Shown: positions 1-11,452 of the stretch, piece by piece
How the letters are laid out: every line of letters begins with the position of its first letter
Numbering within the stretch: position 1 is the stretch's first letter
NCBI GenBank assembly: GCA_963850905.1
Contig: CAWKMU010000003.1
Span: forward strand, 1,664,001 to 1,728,000
Origin: an uncultured Gemmatimonadales bacterium
GTDB taxonomy: Bacteria; Gemmatimonadota; Gemmatimonadetes; Gemmatimonadales; Gemmatimonadaceae
DNA length: 64,000 nt
Direction of reading: 5' to 3'
Position numbers and translations under genes: made by a program
The notes under the pieces: model-generated
Database searches by the model: none
Told to the model about the DNA's origin: nothing
Seen by the model: only the letters and a program-made list of their open reading frames with translations

Positions 1-2199
1 AGCGTTGACGGCATTGCACTCGACCGGATCGATGTTCAGACGCGGTTCCTGGGTACGGGGTCGACCACTGTCGCCATCTCCGGAGCGATGCCCACTGGTC
101 CGCATGCCGCGGCGCTGGCGGAGATCCATCAGTCCGCGGATACGCTCGCGCTGACGCTCGACTCGCTCGCAGTGTACACGCACAACAACGCCTGGCATCT
201 GGCCGGGCCGGCGCATTTCCGTCACGACGCAACCGGCCTGGCGCTCGACAATATGACCCTCCGCGGGGCCGTCGTGGGGACAATGACGGCGACGGCATCG
301 CTGCCCTGGAACGGCTCGGGAGCAGCTGAGCTCCGGGGCGACAGCGTGCCCATCGAAGACATTGGTGAGATCCTGCAGACGTCGAACTCGTACGGTGGGC
401 TGGCGCAGTGGGACGTGCGCATGGCGGGAGAGCGCGCGAATCCGGTGATGGACCTTCAGGCGTCGGTCAACGACGCGTCGCTCGGCGACGTGCATCTCGA
501 GCAGACGTTGCTGCGCGGCCATTACTCGAGTCGTCGCTTGTTGCTGCACGGAGACCTGGTGCAGAGCGGCGACACCACGCTGCACGGTGAGGTCTCGGTG
601 CCGGTCGACCTCGCGCTCGTGACCGGCGTCCGTCGGCTTCTGGACGATTCGCTCGTAGGAGACATGCACGCCGACAGCGTCGCATTCAAAGCGCTCGCGG
701 CGGTCTATCCCGCGCTCCAGAATCCGAAGGGCGCCTTCGCGGCCAACGTCCGGATCGCCGGGACCGTGCAGCGTCCGTTTCTGACCGGCGACATCCGCCT
801 AGCGAACGGCGAGGCGGGGTTTCCGAGGCTCGGGGTGAGATTCACCGGCATGAACGCGGACTTACAGTTTGCCGGCGACAGTCTGGCTGTGCGGGACGTG
901 ACGGTAAACACGCTCGACGGTCAAACGCGCGGACACGCGACGCTGCGTGGATGGCTGACCTTCGCCGACCTCTCGGACCCGCGATACGATTTCTCTCTCT
1001 CCGCATCGGACTTGCACGCTCTCAGCAACCCACGGCTCGCGGACGTTCTGCTGTCCACGCAACCAAACGATCCGCTCCATTTGCGTGGTAGCCTTTCAGC
1101 CTCCCGGCTATCGGGTGGGGTGCTCGTCGATCGCGGCACGATCTTCCTTCCCGACATCCTGCAGCAGAAGAAGATCGTCAGCCTCTCGGACCCTCAGTTG
1201 TACGACTTGGTCGATACGTCCCGCTATGAGAACCGGTCGTTGTTGCCGTCCGCGCCCTCGCGACTCCTGCAGAATCTGTCGTTCGACAACGTGCAAATCG
1301 CTCTCGGCTCGGATGTGTGGCTCCGCTCCGCGGAAGCCAGCATCAACCTGACGACCGCGGACCAGCCGCTGGTCGTCACGACCGCGCCATCGGAACGGGA
1401 CTCGTCGAAGGTGCTCGCGTTGACTGGAGCTCTCGTCGCAAATCGCGGGACCTACCGGCTCAACCTGGGAGTAGTGCAGCGCACGTTTACGGTCGACTCA
1501 GGGACCGTTCGATTCCGCGGCAACGCCGACAATGACGCCGACGTGAACATTCGGGCGACCTACGTCGTGCGCCAGGCGACCACATCGGCCACCGGCAGCC
1601 TCAGTCCGGATGTGCGGATCAACGTCATCCTGACTGGAACGCTCTTCGAGCCACAAGTCGTCCTGACCAGCCCGGACTCGTTGCTGTCGCTCTCACCGCA
1701 GGACTTGCTGAGCTATCTGGTCACGGGACAGCAGTCGCTGACCGTGGGCCAGGGGACCAACAACAATACCGGCGCGCAGGTGGCCCAGTTCGTTCTCCCG
1801 ACGGTCGGGACGGCCATCAGCAGCCGAATTCCTGGGCAATTCCTGGATTACGTGAACATCCAGACAGGCGCCGGCTCCGATCCCAGCCAGGAGGGCGGCG
1901 GGTTCGGTACGGCGCTGTCATCGACGCGTATTACTGGCGGCAAACAGCTCGGACGGTCCACATTTGTGAGCGCCGATCTCGGCGTGTGTGCCCTCGGTGC
2001 TTCAGGCGGGTCGACGCCCAGTACCGCGTCTCAGATCGGCGTCCGCGTCGAGCACCAGCTGACGCGTAGCCTTTCAGTCGATGCGAGCTCGGAACCGGGG
2101 ACTCGTGACCTGTACTGCACGACAGGTGCGCTCAGTCGCAGCTTTGTGACACAGCCCCGCCAGTTCGGACTCGACCTTGTCCACACGTGGCAGTTCTGA
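1..2199 (+). CDS. tamB: Translocation/assembly module TamB-like protein (5' partial)
   Basis: Frame is open from base 1; long beta-strand-rich protein with a DUF490-like C-terminus (L..RG.Y, F.VDSG.V.F.G, LLSYLVTG, ends WQF). Confidence 0.8.
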   Translation, partial: SVDGIALDRIDVQTRFLGTGSTTVAISGAMPTGPHAAALAEIHQSADTLALTLDSLAVYTHNNAWHLAGPAHFRHDATGLALDNMTLRGAVVGTMTATASLPWNGSGAAELRGDSVPIEDIGEILQTSNSYGGLAQWDVRMAGERANPVMDLQASVNDASLGDVHLEQTLLRGHYSSRRLLLHGDLVQSGDTTLHGEVSVPVDLALVTGVRRLLDDSLVGDMHADSVAFKALAAVYPALQNPKGAFAANVRIAGTVQRPFLTGDIRLANGEAGFPRLGVRFTGMNADLQFAGDSLAVRDVTVNTLDGQTRGHATLRGWLTFADLSDPRYDFSLSASDLHALSNPRLADVLLSTQPNDPLHLRGSLSASRLSGGVLVDRGTIFLPDILQQKKIVSLSDPQLYDLVDTSRYENRSLLPSAPSRLLQNLSFDNVQIALGSDVWLRSAEASINLTTADQPLVVTTAPSERDSSKVLALTGALVANRGTYRLNLGVVQRTFTVDSGTVRFRGNADNDADVNIRATYVVRQATTSATGSLSPDVRINVILTGTLFEPQVVLTSPDSLLSLSPQDLLSYLVTGQQSLTVGQGTNNNTGAQVAQFVLPTVGTAISSRIPGQFLDYVNIQTGAGSDPSQEGGGFGTALSSTRITGGKQLGRSTFVSADLGVCALGASGGSTPSTASQIGVRVEHQLTRSLSVDASSEPGTRDLYCTTGALSRSFVTQPRQFGLDLVHTWQF

Positions 2200-3227
2200 T
2201 GGGCTCTGCGTCGGGGGATCCCATTGGAGCGCTGACGGCGCCGCCCACTGTGGCGGCGACGCGACCCAAGGCGCGACACCGCACGCGAGGTGGACGCAAC
2301 TCGGAGCCGCGCTTCTCACGGGCGCTACTCGTCGTCAACCCGGCCTCCCGGCGTGGCTCCCAGTACCAGGGCTCGGCGCTCCGCGCGTTTGCACAGGCAG
2401 GGGTACGGTGCGATACCGTGCTCACGACGCGCCCCGGACAGGGGGGCGACCTCGTCGAGTCCGTATCTGAGCGCTACGACGCCGTCTTCACGCTCGGAGG
2501 CGATGGTACGGCGATGGAGGTGGTGGGCGCACTGGCCGGGAATGGCGGCCCCCCGGTGGGCATCTTGGCCGGCGGGACGGGAAACCTGATCGCCCGCACC
2601 CTCGGGATTCCGCTGGACGTTCGCCGGGCGGTGCCGATGCTCCTGGACGGGGAGCGGGCTCGGGTCGATCTGGGGGTGCTCGTGGGCGCCACCCCGGGAC
2701 TGCGGCGACGGTTCGCATTTGCAGCCGGTGTCGGCATCGACGCGACCATGATCGCCGAGTCGTCAGCCGCACTCAAGCGGCAGATTGGGGTCCTCGCATA
2801 CATGCTCAGTTGGGTACGCGCGGTTCTTCGCCGGGAGACCTTTCAGGTCCGAATCTCGGTCGATGGCGGCCCCCCGATCGAGCAGATCGCGTCGGCCGTC
2901 ATGGTGGCGAACTTCGGCGCGGTACTCAACGATCTGATCCGGCTCGGCCCCGGAATTCGACAGGATGACGGGAAGCTGGACTTGTGCGTCTTCTCTCCGG
3001 GGACCGCGCGGGACGCGGCCCGGGTTGCCTGGAAGCTGCTCCGAAAGAACTTCGAGGCGGATCCGTGCATGCTGTACCGTGCGGGCCGTCATTTCCGGAT
3101 CGAGACAGACCCACCGCGGGCGGTACAGGCGGACGGCGAGCTTCTTGGAGAGACGCCGTTCGACGTGGCTGTCGAGCCACTGGCTGCACAGCTGCTCGTG
3201 CCACGCCAGCGCTCGGTGGGGGTCTAG
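2199..3227 (+). CDS. Diacylglycerol/lipid kinase family protein (YegS/DAGK)
   Basis: Motifs VVNPAS, GGDGT, GGTGNLIAR, QADGE; ATG overlaps the tamB stop. Confidence 0.9.
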   Translation: MGSASGDPIGALTAPPTVAATRPKARHRTRGGRNSEPRFSRALLVVNPASRRGSQYQGSALRAFAQAGVRCDTVLTTRPGQGGDLVESVSERYDAVFTLGGDGTAMEVVGALAGNGGPPVGILAGGTGNLIARTLGIPLDVRRAVPMLLDGERARVDLGVLVGATPGLRRRFAFAAGVGIDATMIAESSAALKRQIGVLAYMLSWVRAVLRRETFQVRISVDGGPPIEQIASAVMVANFGAVLNDLIRLGPGIRQDDGKLDLCVFSPGTARDAARVAWKLLRKNFEADPCMLYRAGRHFRIETDPPRAVQADGELLGETPFDVAVEPLAAQLLVPRQRSVGV

Positions 3228-3289
3228 CGTACGGAACTGACGGCGCACGAGACGGTGGAGCAGGGAACTCACCACACGGATAGCGCCGG

Positions 3290-4648
<1,359 letters not shown>

Positions 4649-4701
4649 TGTCAGGCCAGGAATCACCTGAGCCGCAAAAGGAGCTGCAGGGAGGCGACGC
4701 C

Positions 4702-4851
4702 ATGCTGTGTCGCCGCTGCGGGAAAGAGGAGCGCGCCTCCGAGGGCTATCCGTGTATGGGGTGCGGCACGTTTCTCTGCCTGATCTGTACGTTTCGGGGC
4801 CAGGTGTATTGTCAGGCGTGTGAGCAGGGGGGAACGGGAAGAGGCGGCTGA
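4702..4851 (+). CDS. Small Cys-rich putative zinc-finger protein (alternative start 4648)
   Basis: GGAGG 7 nt before ATG 4702; four CxxC motifs in 49 aa. Confidence 0.65.
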   Translation: MLCRRCGKEERASEGYPCMGCGTFLCLICTFRGQVYCQACEQGGTGRGG

Positions 4852-4855
4852 GGGT

Positions 4856-5006
4856 GGCGTCTGGGGTTTGGGGTCTGGGGTCTGGAACGACAACCGCGAC
4901 GACAACGACGGGCGACGCAATGCGTCGCCCCTACCGGTCCAAGGCTGGTCGCGGTGCGCCGTGATCGGCCTTTTGAGTTGTTCCCAAACCCCAAACCCCA
5001 GACCCC
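4856..5006. repeat. Inverted heptamer-arm element (GGGGTYT repeats) enclosing a GTAG-type REP hairpin
   Basis: GGCGTCT GGGGTTT GGGGTCT GGGGTCT GGAAC ... GTTCC C AAACCCC AAACCCC AGACCCC; hairpin GGGCGACGCA-A-TGCGTCGCCC-CTAC at 4910-4934. Confidence 0.85.
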
Positions 5007-5040
5007 GCGCTCATCCGGCTTCTCCCCCTATCTTCCCCCC

Positions 5041-5766
5041 ATGACCCATCTCGTCCTCTTCGACATCGACGGCACGCTGTTGTCAGCGGCTGGGGCGGGC
5101 CGTCGGGCCATCCACCGGGCGCTGCGAGAGGTGTTCGGATCGACCGGGCCCGACGAGTACTGGTTCGACGGAAAAACCGATCGGCAGATCGTCCGTGACC
5201 TGATGCGGTCCGATGGGCATGTCGATGCGTCCATCGACTCACGGATGGACGCGGTACTCTCGCGATATGTTGCGTGCCTTGGCGACGAGCTGCGCGACCC
5301 CCGGCATCCGCCGCGGGTGCACGCGGGGGTGCCCGAGCTGCTGGATGCGCTGGACGACCGCGGGGACGTCGTCCTGGGTTTGTTGACCGGCAATCTGGAG
5401 ATCGGTGCGCGCGCCAAGCTCGCGGCGGCCGGTCTCGATTCCTCGCGGTTCGTGGTCGGCGCCTTTGGGTCGGATCATGAGAGCCGGCCCCACCTGCCAG
5501 CCCTCGCGCAGCAGCGAGCACGTGAGCGCCTCGGGGTCGACCTGCCGGGTTCGGCGATCGTGATCATTGGGGACACGCCCGCAGATATCGCCTGCGGCCA
5601 GGGCATCGGGGCCCGAGCGATCGGCGTCGCGACGGGGCGATACACTGTCGAGCAACTCGGCACATGTGGAGCGATTGCCGTGTTCGAGGATTTGGCCGCT
5701 ACCGCAGACGTCGTGGCGGCCATAACAGCGGGGTCCGGGGCGCTCGCGGAGCGCCCAGGGGACTAG
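5041..5766 (+). CDS. HAD-superfamily hydrolase
   Basis: LFDIDGTL motif I, LLTGN, IIGDTPADI motif IV. Confidence 0.9.
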   Translation: MTHLVLFDIDGTLLSAAGAGRRAIHRALREVFGSTGPDEYWFDGKTDRQIVRDLMRSDGHVDASIDSRMDAVLSRYVACLGDELRDPRHPPRVHAGVPELLDALDDRGDVVLGLLTGNLEIGARAKLAAAGLDSSRFVVGAFGSDHESRPHLPALAQQRARERLGVDLPGSAIVIIGDTPADIACGQGIGARAIGVATGRYTVEQLGTCGAIAVFEDLAATADVVAAITAGSGALAERPGD

Positions 5767-6552
5767 GTGCCCCCACTGCCCGTCACCGTCTGGACCCTCT
5801 GGCACGGCACCGAGGTCGCCGGGCCGGGCTCCATCGAGCTCGTGGCAGACGACATCGCCGTGAAAGTCCCCTCGGCGACGGTTGACCTGCGAGTGCCATT
5901 CTCCACGCTGGACGGTGTGCGCACCTCGCCCCACCACATCGCACTGTATGCGAGCAGCGGCGACGTGTTGGAGCTGGATGGGGAAGGCGTCGGAGACCTT
6001 GGTGACCAGGTCCGATCGCGCGTGTGCACCCTTCCTGAGTTGACGCTGGCGCTCCGAGGACTCGGGTCTGCGCGTGGGTTTCCAGGGCCTGACCACGATC
6101 GCTTCTACGCGCCGCTTCTGGCAGCGCGTCGGGCGGCGGAGCATGCCACCGACGCGGCCGGACGAATGGCCGCGATGCGCGCACCAGCGTTGGCCGCAGA
6201 GGTGGATCGCGCGTTGCATGAGCTGGCGGTGGCGCGATACCCCGACGCCGCCGCCGACCGTCGGGCTCTCGAAACGGTTCTCGAGGATCTATCGACGCCC
6301 ATCAGAGCGAGCCTGGTGCAGCTGGAGAGCGCTGCCCGAGCAGTCACGGCGGCCAGCGACGACGTGGCGTTCGTGTGGTGGCGTGCGTGGACGGCCCAGT
6401 GTCGCTCTTTGCTGACCCATGTGGATCAGTCCTGGTTGGCGATCGCTCCCGTGTTGAGGGAAATACCCGTCACCGCGCCGCGAAGGCGGCGGTGGTCCTT
6501 GGGGCGGCAACGTCCCTCCCCGGGGCAGGACCCAGCGGAGCGCGACGCGTGA
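5767..6552 (+). CDS. Hypothetical protein
   Basis: 261-aa ORF tightly packed between the HAD gene and acpS; no recognised motif. Confidence 0.6.
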   Translation: MPPLPVTVWTLWHGTEVAGPGSIELVADDIAVKVPSATVDLRVPFSTLDGVRTSPHHIALYASSGDVLELDGEGVGDLGDQVRSRVCTLPELTLALRGLGSARGFPGPDHDRFYAPLLAARRAAEHATDAAGRMAAMRAPALAAEVDRALHELAVARYPDAAADRRALETVLEDLSTPIRASLVQLESAARAVTAASDDVAFVWWRAWTAQCRSLLTHVDQSWLAIAPVLREIPVTAPRRRRWSLGRQRPSPGQDPAERDA

Positions 6553-6935
6553 TCGTCGGCGTCGGGGTCGACGCGATCGACATCCCGCGAGTCCAGCAGC
6601 TGCTCGAGCGCTTTCCCTCGCGCGCGGTCGAGAAGCTGTTTACCGCCCGCGAAGCCCAATACGCACGCGCGCGAGCGACGCCGGCCCGGCATTTCGCCGC
6701 ACGCCTGGCAGCCAAAGAGGCAGCCTTCAAGGCACTCGCCGGCAACGCGCTCGCCCGAGCGATCGCCTGGCGCGAGATCGAAGTCGTGCCGGGTGACGAT
6801 GGCCAACCAGCCCTGGTGCTCCATGGCAAAGCGGCCCAACGAGCCGCGCAAATCGGGGCCGCCCGGTTGTGGGTGTCCATGACCCACGCCGACCATTCGG
6901 CCGTGGCAGTCGTTATCCTAGAGGCCGACTCCTAG
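6549..6935 (+). CDS. acpS: Holo-[acyl-carrier-protein] synthase
   Basis: IVGVGVD, FTARE, AARLAAKEAAFKAL, WREIEV, VSMTH. Confidence 0.93.
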   Translation: MIVGVGVDAIDIPRVQQLLERFPSRAVEKLFTAREAQYARARATPARHFAARLAAKEAAFKALAGNALARAIAWREIEVVPGDDGQPALVLHGKAAQRAAQIGAARLWVSMTHADHSAVAVVILEADS

Positions 6936-6976
6936 GCAAACGCTTTGTAGCCCAATCGACTGGATCGGGCCGCGCA

Positions 6977-9385
6977 ATGCCGATAAATTCGCTCGGAATG
7001 TTCTCATTGCGGCATTTTCGCCGGTTGCTCGTCGCGTTGGCCGGTCTGTGGGCCCTTGCCGGGCCTGCCTACGGGGCGGGGCGTCCTCCTGGCACGTCGG
7101 CTGAGGCTGGCGCACTTTCTCGGCTACCAGGGGCTATGGTTCCGCTTGGTGCCTCCCCGAGCCGAGCCGCCGCACCTGCGTCGGGTGTCGCCGGCGATCA
7201 GCAAATGGAGGAGGGCGAAGGGCCGGCCCAGCGATTGGCGAGCATTGTTGGCGTGGCGGTTGGCGAGTATGGCAAAGGAGTCGATGCCCGGGGCAGGCTG
7301 ATTTCGGCTGAAGAACGGGACGAAGCGGCCGGCTTCCTGATCGACGCACGCGACGTCGCGAGCCGGTTGCCCGGCAACGGGCGCGAGGCGACGATCGCCC
7401 TGCTGGATACCCTTGTCGTCGCGATGCGCGCCGACCGGCCCCTGGGCGAGGTACAGGGGATCTACGGGCGGTTCGCGGCGGCGCTCGGCAGTGCCGGCGC
7501 GCTGACGATGCCGCGCGGGGCGCTCGACACGGCCGCGGGGCGCACGCTCTACACACGAAACTGCGCTTCGTGTCACGGGATGGCCGGGCAGGGTGATGGG
7601 CCCGCGGCAAAAGGCCTGTCGACCGCACCGCCCGCGATCGGGTCCACCGCGGCGATGGCGACTGTCACCCCTGCCTTGATGTATCGACTTGTGGCGGTCG
7701 GCGTGCGGGGAACCGCCATGCCGTCGTGGGCGACCGCGCTCACGCCGGACGAACGGTGGAACGTGGTCGCGTATGTGACCAGCCTGCGGGCCACCTCGGG
7801 GCAGGTCCGCCAAGGAGAAGGCCTCTATTTCCAGCGATGCGCCAGCTGCCATGGATCCGCGGCCCTCGGCAGCGGACCGTATGCGCACGATCTCAGTACG
7901 ATCCCTCCGGCTGTGGCGGACTTCGCGTGGCAGGTAGACCACAGCGATTCGGAGATGGCCCAGGCGATCACGAGAGGCGTGAGCGGGAGTGTGATGCCGC
8001 CGAGCCCCGATCTCAGTGCGAGACAGGTCGCCGACATCATCGCGTATCTGCGTGCGGTCCCGATGCAGGCGACTCCGACACACGAGGTGCTGGCTGCCGC
8101 GGCGCCCGCAAGCGGTGATACCTCGGCCGCATCGGCTGCGGCTCAGCACGTGTTGGAGTTGCTCAACGCGTCGTTGGTGGCAGCTCGCGGCGGCCGTCTG
8201 AACGATGCCCGTGATCGCGCCTTCGATTCATACATCGCGTTTGAACCGCTCGAGCCCGCGGTGCAAGCCAAGGATCCCGGCCTCGTCTCGGCGATGGAGC
8301 GACAATTCGCCGATTTCAAAGGGGCAATCCGAATGAACGACCTGCGGGCGGCGGAACGCTCGCGCGATGCGATCGAAATCGGGTTGCCGGAAGTCGTCGC
8401 GTTGACGAAACCGGCGGCTGGCGGATGGGCGGCATTTCTTCAGTCGCTGCTCATCATCGTGCGCGAAGGCTTCGAGGCGATCCTCGTCGTAGGAGCCGTT
8501 GTCGCGTTTCTGATCAAGACCGGGCATTGGGACAGACTCCGGTCCATCTGGATGGGCACGGCACTCGGTGTAGGCGCGAGCGCGGTGACCGCCGTCATTC
8601 TGGCTACGGTTCTGCGTGCCCTGCCCGCGAGCCGTGAGATCATCGAGGGCGGGACGCTGCTCGTCGCTGTCGCCGTGCTGTTCTCGGTCAGCTATTGGCT
8701 GGTATCCAAGGTCGAAGCGGCCCACTGGCAGCAATTCATCCGCGACAAGGTGTCGACTGCGCTGGAGCATGGCGGCGCCAAAGCGCTAGCGTTTGTGGCC
8801 TTCCTCGCGGTGTACCGCGAAGGTGCCGAGACGGCGCTGTTTTATCAGGCGTTGTTCAACGAGGGCGGCCACGTCGCGCTCCCGCTGACACTGGGTATCG
8901 TCGTTGGTGGCGTGATGCTGGCAGGGATCTTCACGTTGTTCTATCGCTTCGGCGTGCGGATTCCGTTGCGGCCGTTCTTCACGGTGACGAGCGCGCTGCT
9001 CTACTACATGGCGTTCGTCTTCGCGGGGAAAGGCGTGCGTGAGCTTCAGGAAGGTGGCGCGCTGCCGGTAACGTTGCTGCCCGGATTCCCGCACATCGAT
9101 GCAATGGGAATATTCCCAAGTGTCGAGACGTTGCTCGCCCAGCTGGTTCTGCTGGCGCTCCTGGCGTTTGCCCTGATCAAGACGTTCTGGCCGCGGCGCT
9201 CCGTTTCACTGCCGACGGTGGCCGTGACATCACCACCCGCTGCCGCTCCGGATGCGGTTCCAGCCTCAACGAGTCGGGCAGACGCGCTCGAGCGCCGTGT
9301 CGCGGAACTCGAGGCGACGCTCGCGGAGCTGCGGCGCGAGTTGTCGGAGCTCGAGGAAGGCAAGGAAATGGGGCTGAGGGACTAA
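6977..9385 (+). CDS. Cytochrome c (two CxxCH) / FTR1 iron permease fusion (PbrT-like)
   Basis: Signal peptide, two CASCH motifs, C-terminal multi-TM domain with REGFE and REGAE. Confidence 0.88.
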   Translation: MPINSLGMFSLRHFRRLLVALAGLWALAGPAYGAGRPPGTSAEAGALSRLPGAMVPLGASPSRAAAPASGVAGDQQMEEGEGPAQRLASIVGVAVGEYGKGVDARGRLISAEERDEAAGFLIDARDVASRLPGNGREATIALLDTLVVAMRADRPLGEVQGIYGRFAAALGSAGALTMPRGALDTAAGRTLYTRNCASCHGMAGQGDGPAAKGLSTAPPAIGSTAAMATVTPALMYRLVAVGVRGTAMPSWATALTPDERWNVVAYVTSLRATSGQVRQGEGLYFQRCASCHGSAALGSGPYAHDLSTIPPAVADFAWQVDHSDSEMAQAITRGVSGSVMPPSPDLSARQVADIIAYLRAVPMQATPTHEVLAAAAPASGDTSAASAAAQHVLELLNASLVAARGGRLNDARDRAFDSYIAFEPLEPAVQAKDPGLVSAMERQFADFKGAIRMNDLRAAERSRDAIEIGLPEVVALTKPAAGGWAAFLQSLLIIVREGFEAILVVGAVVAFLIKTGHWDRLRSIWMGTALGVGASAVTAVILATVLRALPASREIIEGGTLLVAVAVLFSVSYWLVSKVEAAHWQQFIRDKVSTALEHGGAKALAFVAFLAVYREGAETALFYQALFNEGGHVALPLTLGIVVGGVMLAGIFTLFYRFGVRIPLRPFFTVTSALLYYMAFVFAGKGVRELQEGGALPVTLLPGFPHIDAMGIFPSVETLLAQLVLLALLAFALIKTFWPRRSVSLPTVAVTSPPAAAPDAVPASTSRADALERRVAELEATLAELRRELSELEEGKEMGLRD

Positions 9386-9409
9386 GCTGCCGAGCCCCGG
9401 CTTGTCCCC

Positions 9410-10261
9410 CTAGGCCGCTTGCGGCTCCGGTTCGACAAAGATGCCCGGTGCTTTCGGTCCCGGGTTCCAGCGAGCCGCCATCCACAGCGCGCCCCCGAGC
9501 ACAAATGCGGCGGCAATGGCCTGGGCCGTCGTGAATGGACCGAAGAACCGGTCGTCCTTCGCGCGCAGGAACTCGATCAAAAATCGCTCGATCCCGGCCA
9601 ACACGCAGTACAGACCGAACAGCCAGCCTGCGGCGTGGCGATGGTTTCGAAACCGCCACAGGATCAGAAACATGATAAAGGCGAGTACCACCTCGTAGAG
9701 TTCGGTGGGGTACACGCTCAGGACACGAGAGGCAGGAATGTCGGGCGACAACTTGAGGTGGAAGAGCTCCGCGAGGTTCTGGGCCGTCGACGGCGGTGCG
9801 CCATCCGGGAAGGCGACCGCCCAGCGCGAATTCCACGGACGCCCGTAGTCGTCGCCGACTGCCCAACAGCCCGTCCGACCGACGCTGTACGCCGCAGCAA
9901 GCCCGGGAGCGGCCGCGTCACTGATCTGCGCGAAGCTCCAGTGGCGGAAGCGGATCACCAGCGCGGTCCCGATGATGCCGCCCATCAGGCCACCCCAGAA
10001 GACGAAGCCGGCGCGATGGACCAGGTTGGAGATGTCACCCGTGAGAATCGCGTAGTAGATCTTGGCACCCAGCAATCCCCCGATTACGGCCGCGAGGACG
10101 CAATCCGACGTGACGGTTGGGTCCTGGCCCCGCTCGGTCAGTGTCTCGTTGGTTGTGAGCTGTGCGATGACGAAAGCCAACAGCACGGCGACGCCGAACC
10201 CCGTGACCTGCAGGGGCCCGAGTTGGTAGGACAGTGGGTGGTGAATGATCGAATGAGGCAC
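9410..10261 (-). CDS. lgt: Prolipoprotein diacylglyceryl transferase
   Basis: GFVFWGG, GRTGCWAVGDDYG, YPTELYE, ERFLIEFLR. Confidence 0.9.
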   Translation of the reverse strand: MPHSIIHHPLSYQLGPLQVTGFGVAVLLAFVIAQLTTNETLTERGQDPTVTSDCVLAAVIGGLLGAKIYYAILTGDISNLVHRAGFVFWGGLMGGIIGTALVIRFRHWSFAQISDAAAPGLAAAYSVGRTGCWAVGDDYGRPWNSRWAVAFPDGAPPSTAQNLAELFHLKLSPDIPASRVLSVYPTELYEVVLAFIMFLILWRFRNHRHAAGWLFGLYCVLAGIERFLIEFLRAKDDRFFGPFTTAQAIAAAFVLGGALWMAARWNPGPKAPGIFVEPEPQAA

Positions 10262-10390
10262 TGAAATCGCCGTGCGGCCAATTGCCGCGAGTTGGAAGGA
10301 ACAGCCCGCAATCTAGAGGGCAATAAGAAACTTAGAAGGTGGCATCGCGGCCGCTGACAGCGTCCGAATGATACCCGGTCCCGTTGCGTG

Positions 10391-11434
10391 CTACCCCACG
10401 AGCCCCGGAATAGGTCGCGACGCGTATGCGGTGAGCTCGAGGCCTGCGACGTCGCCCGACTCGAGGTGATACAGGCCGGCTCGTGCCACCATGGCCGCGT
10501 TGTCGGTGGCGAGGCGCGGTGATGGCGCAAAGACGGCCGCACCCAATGAGGCCGCCCGGTCGCGCATGGCGGTTACGAGCGCGCGATTGCACGCCACGCC
10601 TCCGCCCAGCACAATGCGGTCACGCCCGTGCGCGACTGCCGCGCGCGCCGCTTTCTCCACCAACGTGTCAATCACGGCGTCCTGAAACCCGCGCGCAATG
10701 TCGGCCCGCACCTGCTCGGTGTCTCCTCCCTGCCCCTCACTCGACTGAACGGCTTGCAGGACCGCGGTCTTGATGCCGCTGAACGAGAGGTCGAAGTAGT
10801 CGCGATCTCCGGGCTGCTGATTGGCACGCAGCATCGGTCGCGTAAAACGGTACCGTGCCGGGTTGCCTCGTGTCGCCAGCGTCTCGACGTGCCGCCCTCC
10901 CGGATAGGGAAGTCCCAGCAGCTTCGCAACTTTGTCGAAGGCCTCGCCCGCCGCGTCGTCCCTGGTGGCGCCGAGCTGTCGGTAGTTGCCCCAGGCCGCC
11001 ACATCGAGCAACAACGTATGGCCCCCCGACACGAGCAACGCGGTAAACGGCGGCGTCGCGTCGGGATGCTCGAGTGTCGTCGCGAAGAGGTGGGCCTCGA
11101 GATGGTGTACCGCAATCAGCGGTCGCTCGATGGCGTATGCCAAGGCCTTGGCGTAGCTGACACCGACGAGCAGCGCTCCGATGAGGCCCGGGGTGTTGGT
11201 GACGGCGATCGCATCCACGTCGCGGCGCTCGAGCCCTGCATCCGCGAGTGCGCGGTCAACAACCGGCACAATACTCGTGAGATGCATGCGCGACGCGATC
11301 TCGGGCACCACGCCCCCGAAGACCGTGTGCGCGTCCTGCGAGAGAATGACGAGCGATCGCATCGCCGTCGCGTCGCCCGTACCGTCGACGACGGCGGCGG
11401 ACGTCTCATCACACGACGTCTCGACACCCAGCAC
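10391..11434 (-). CDS. tsaD: tRNA N6-threonylcarbamoyltransferase
   Basis: LGVETSCDET, HHLEAH, SGGHT, DDAAGEAFDK, TDNAAM. Confidence 0.97.
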   Translation of the reverse strand: MLGVETSCDETSAAVVDGTGDATAMRSLVILSQDAHTVFGGVVPEIASRMHLTSIVPVVDRALADAGLERRDVDAIAVTNTPGLIGALLVGVSYAKALAYAIERPLIAVHHLEAHLFATTLEHPDATPPFTALLVSGGHTLLLDVAAWGNYRQLGATRDDAAGEAFDKVAKLLGLPYPGGRHVETLATRGNPARYRFTRPMLRANQQPGDRDYFDLSFSGIKTAVLQAVQSSEGQGGDTEQVRADIARGFQDAVIDTLVEKAARAAVAHGRDRIVLGGGVACNRALVTAMRDRAASLGAAVFAPSPRLATDNAAMVARAGLYHLESGDVAGLELTAYASRPIPGLVG

Positions 11435-11452
11435 GCGAGGCAGAGTGCCGAC

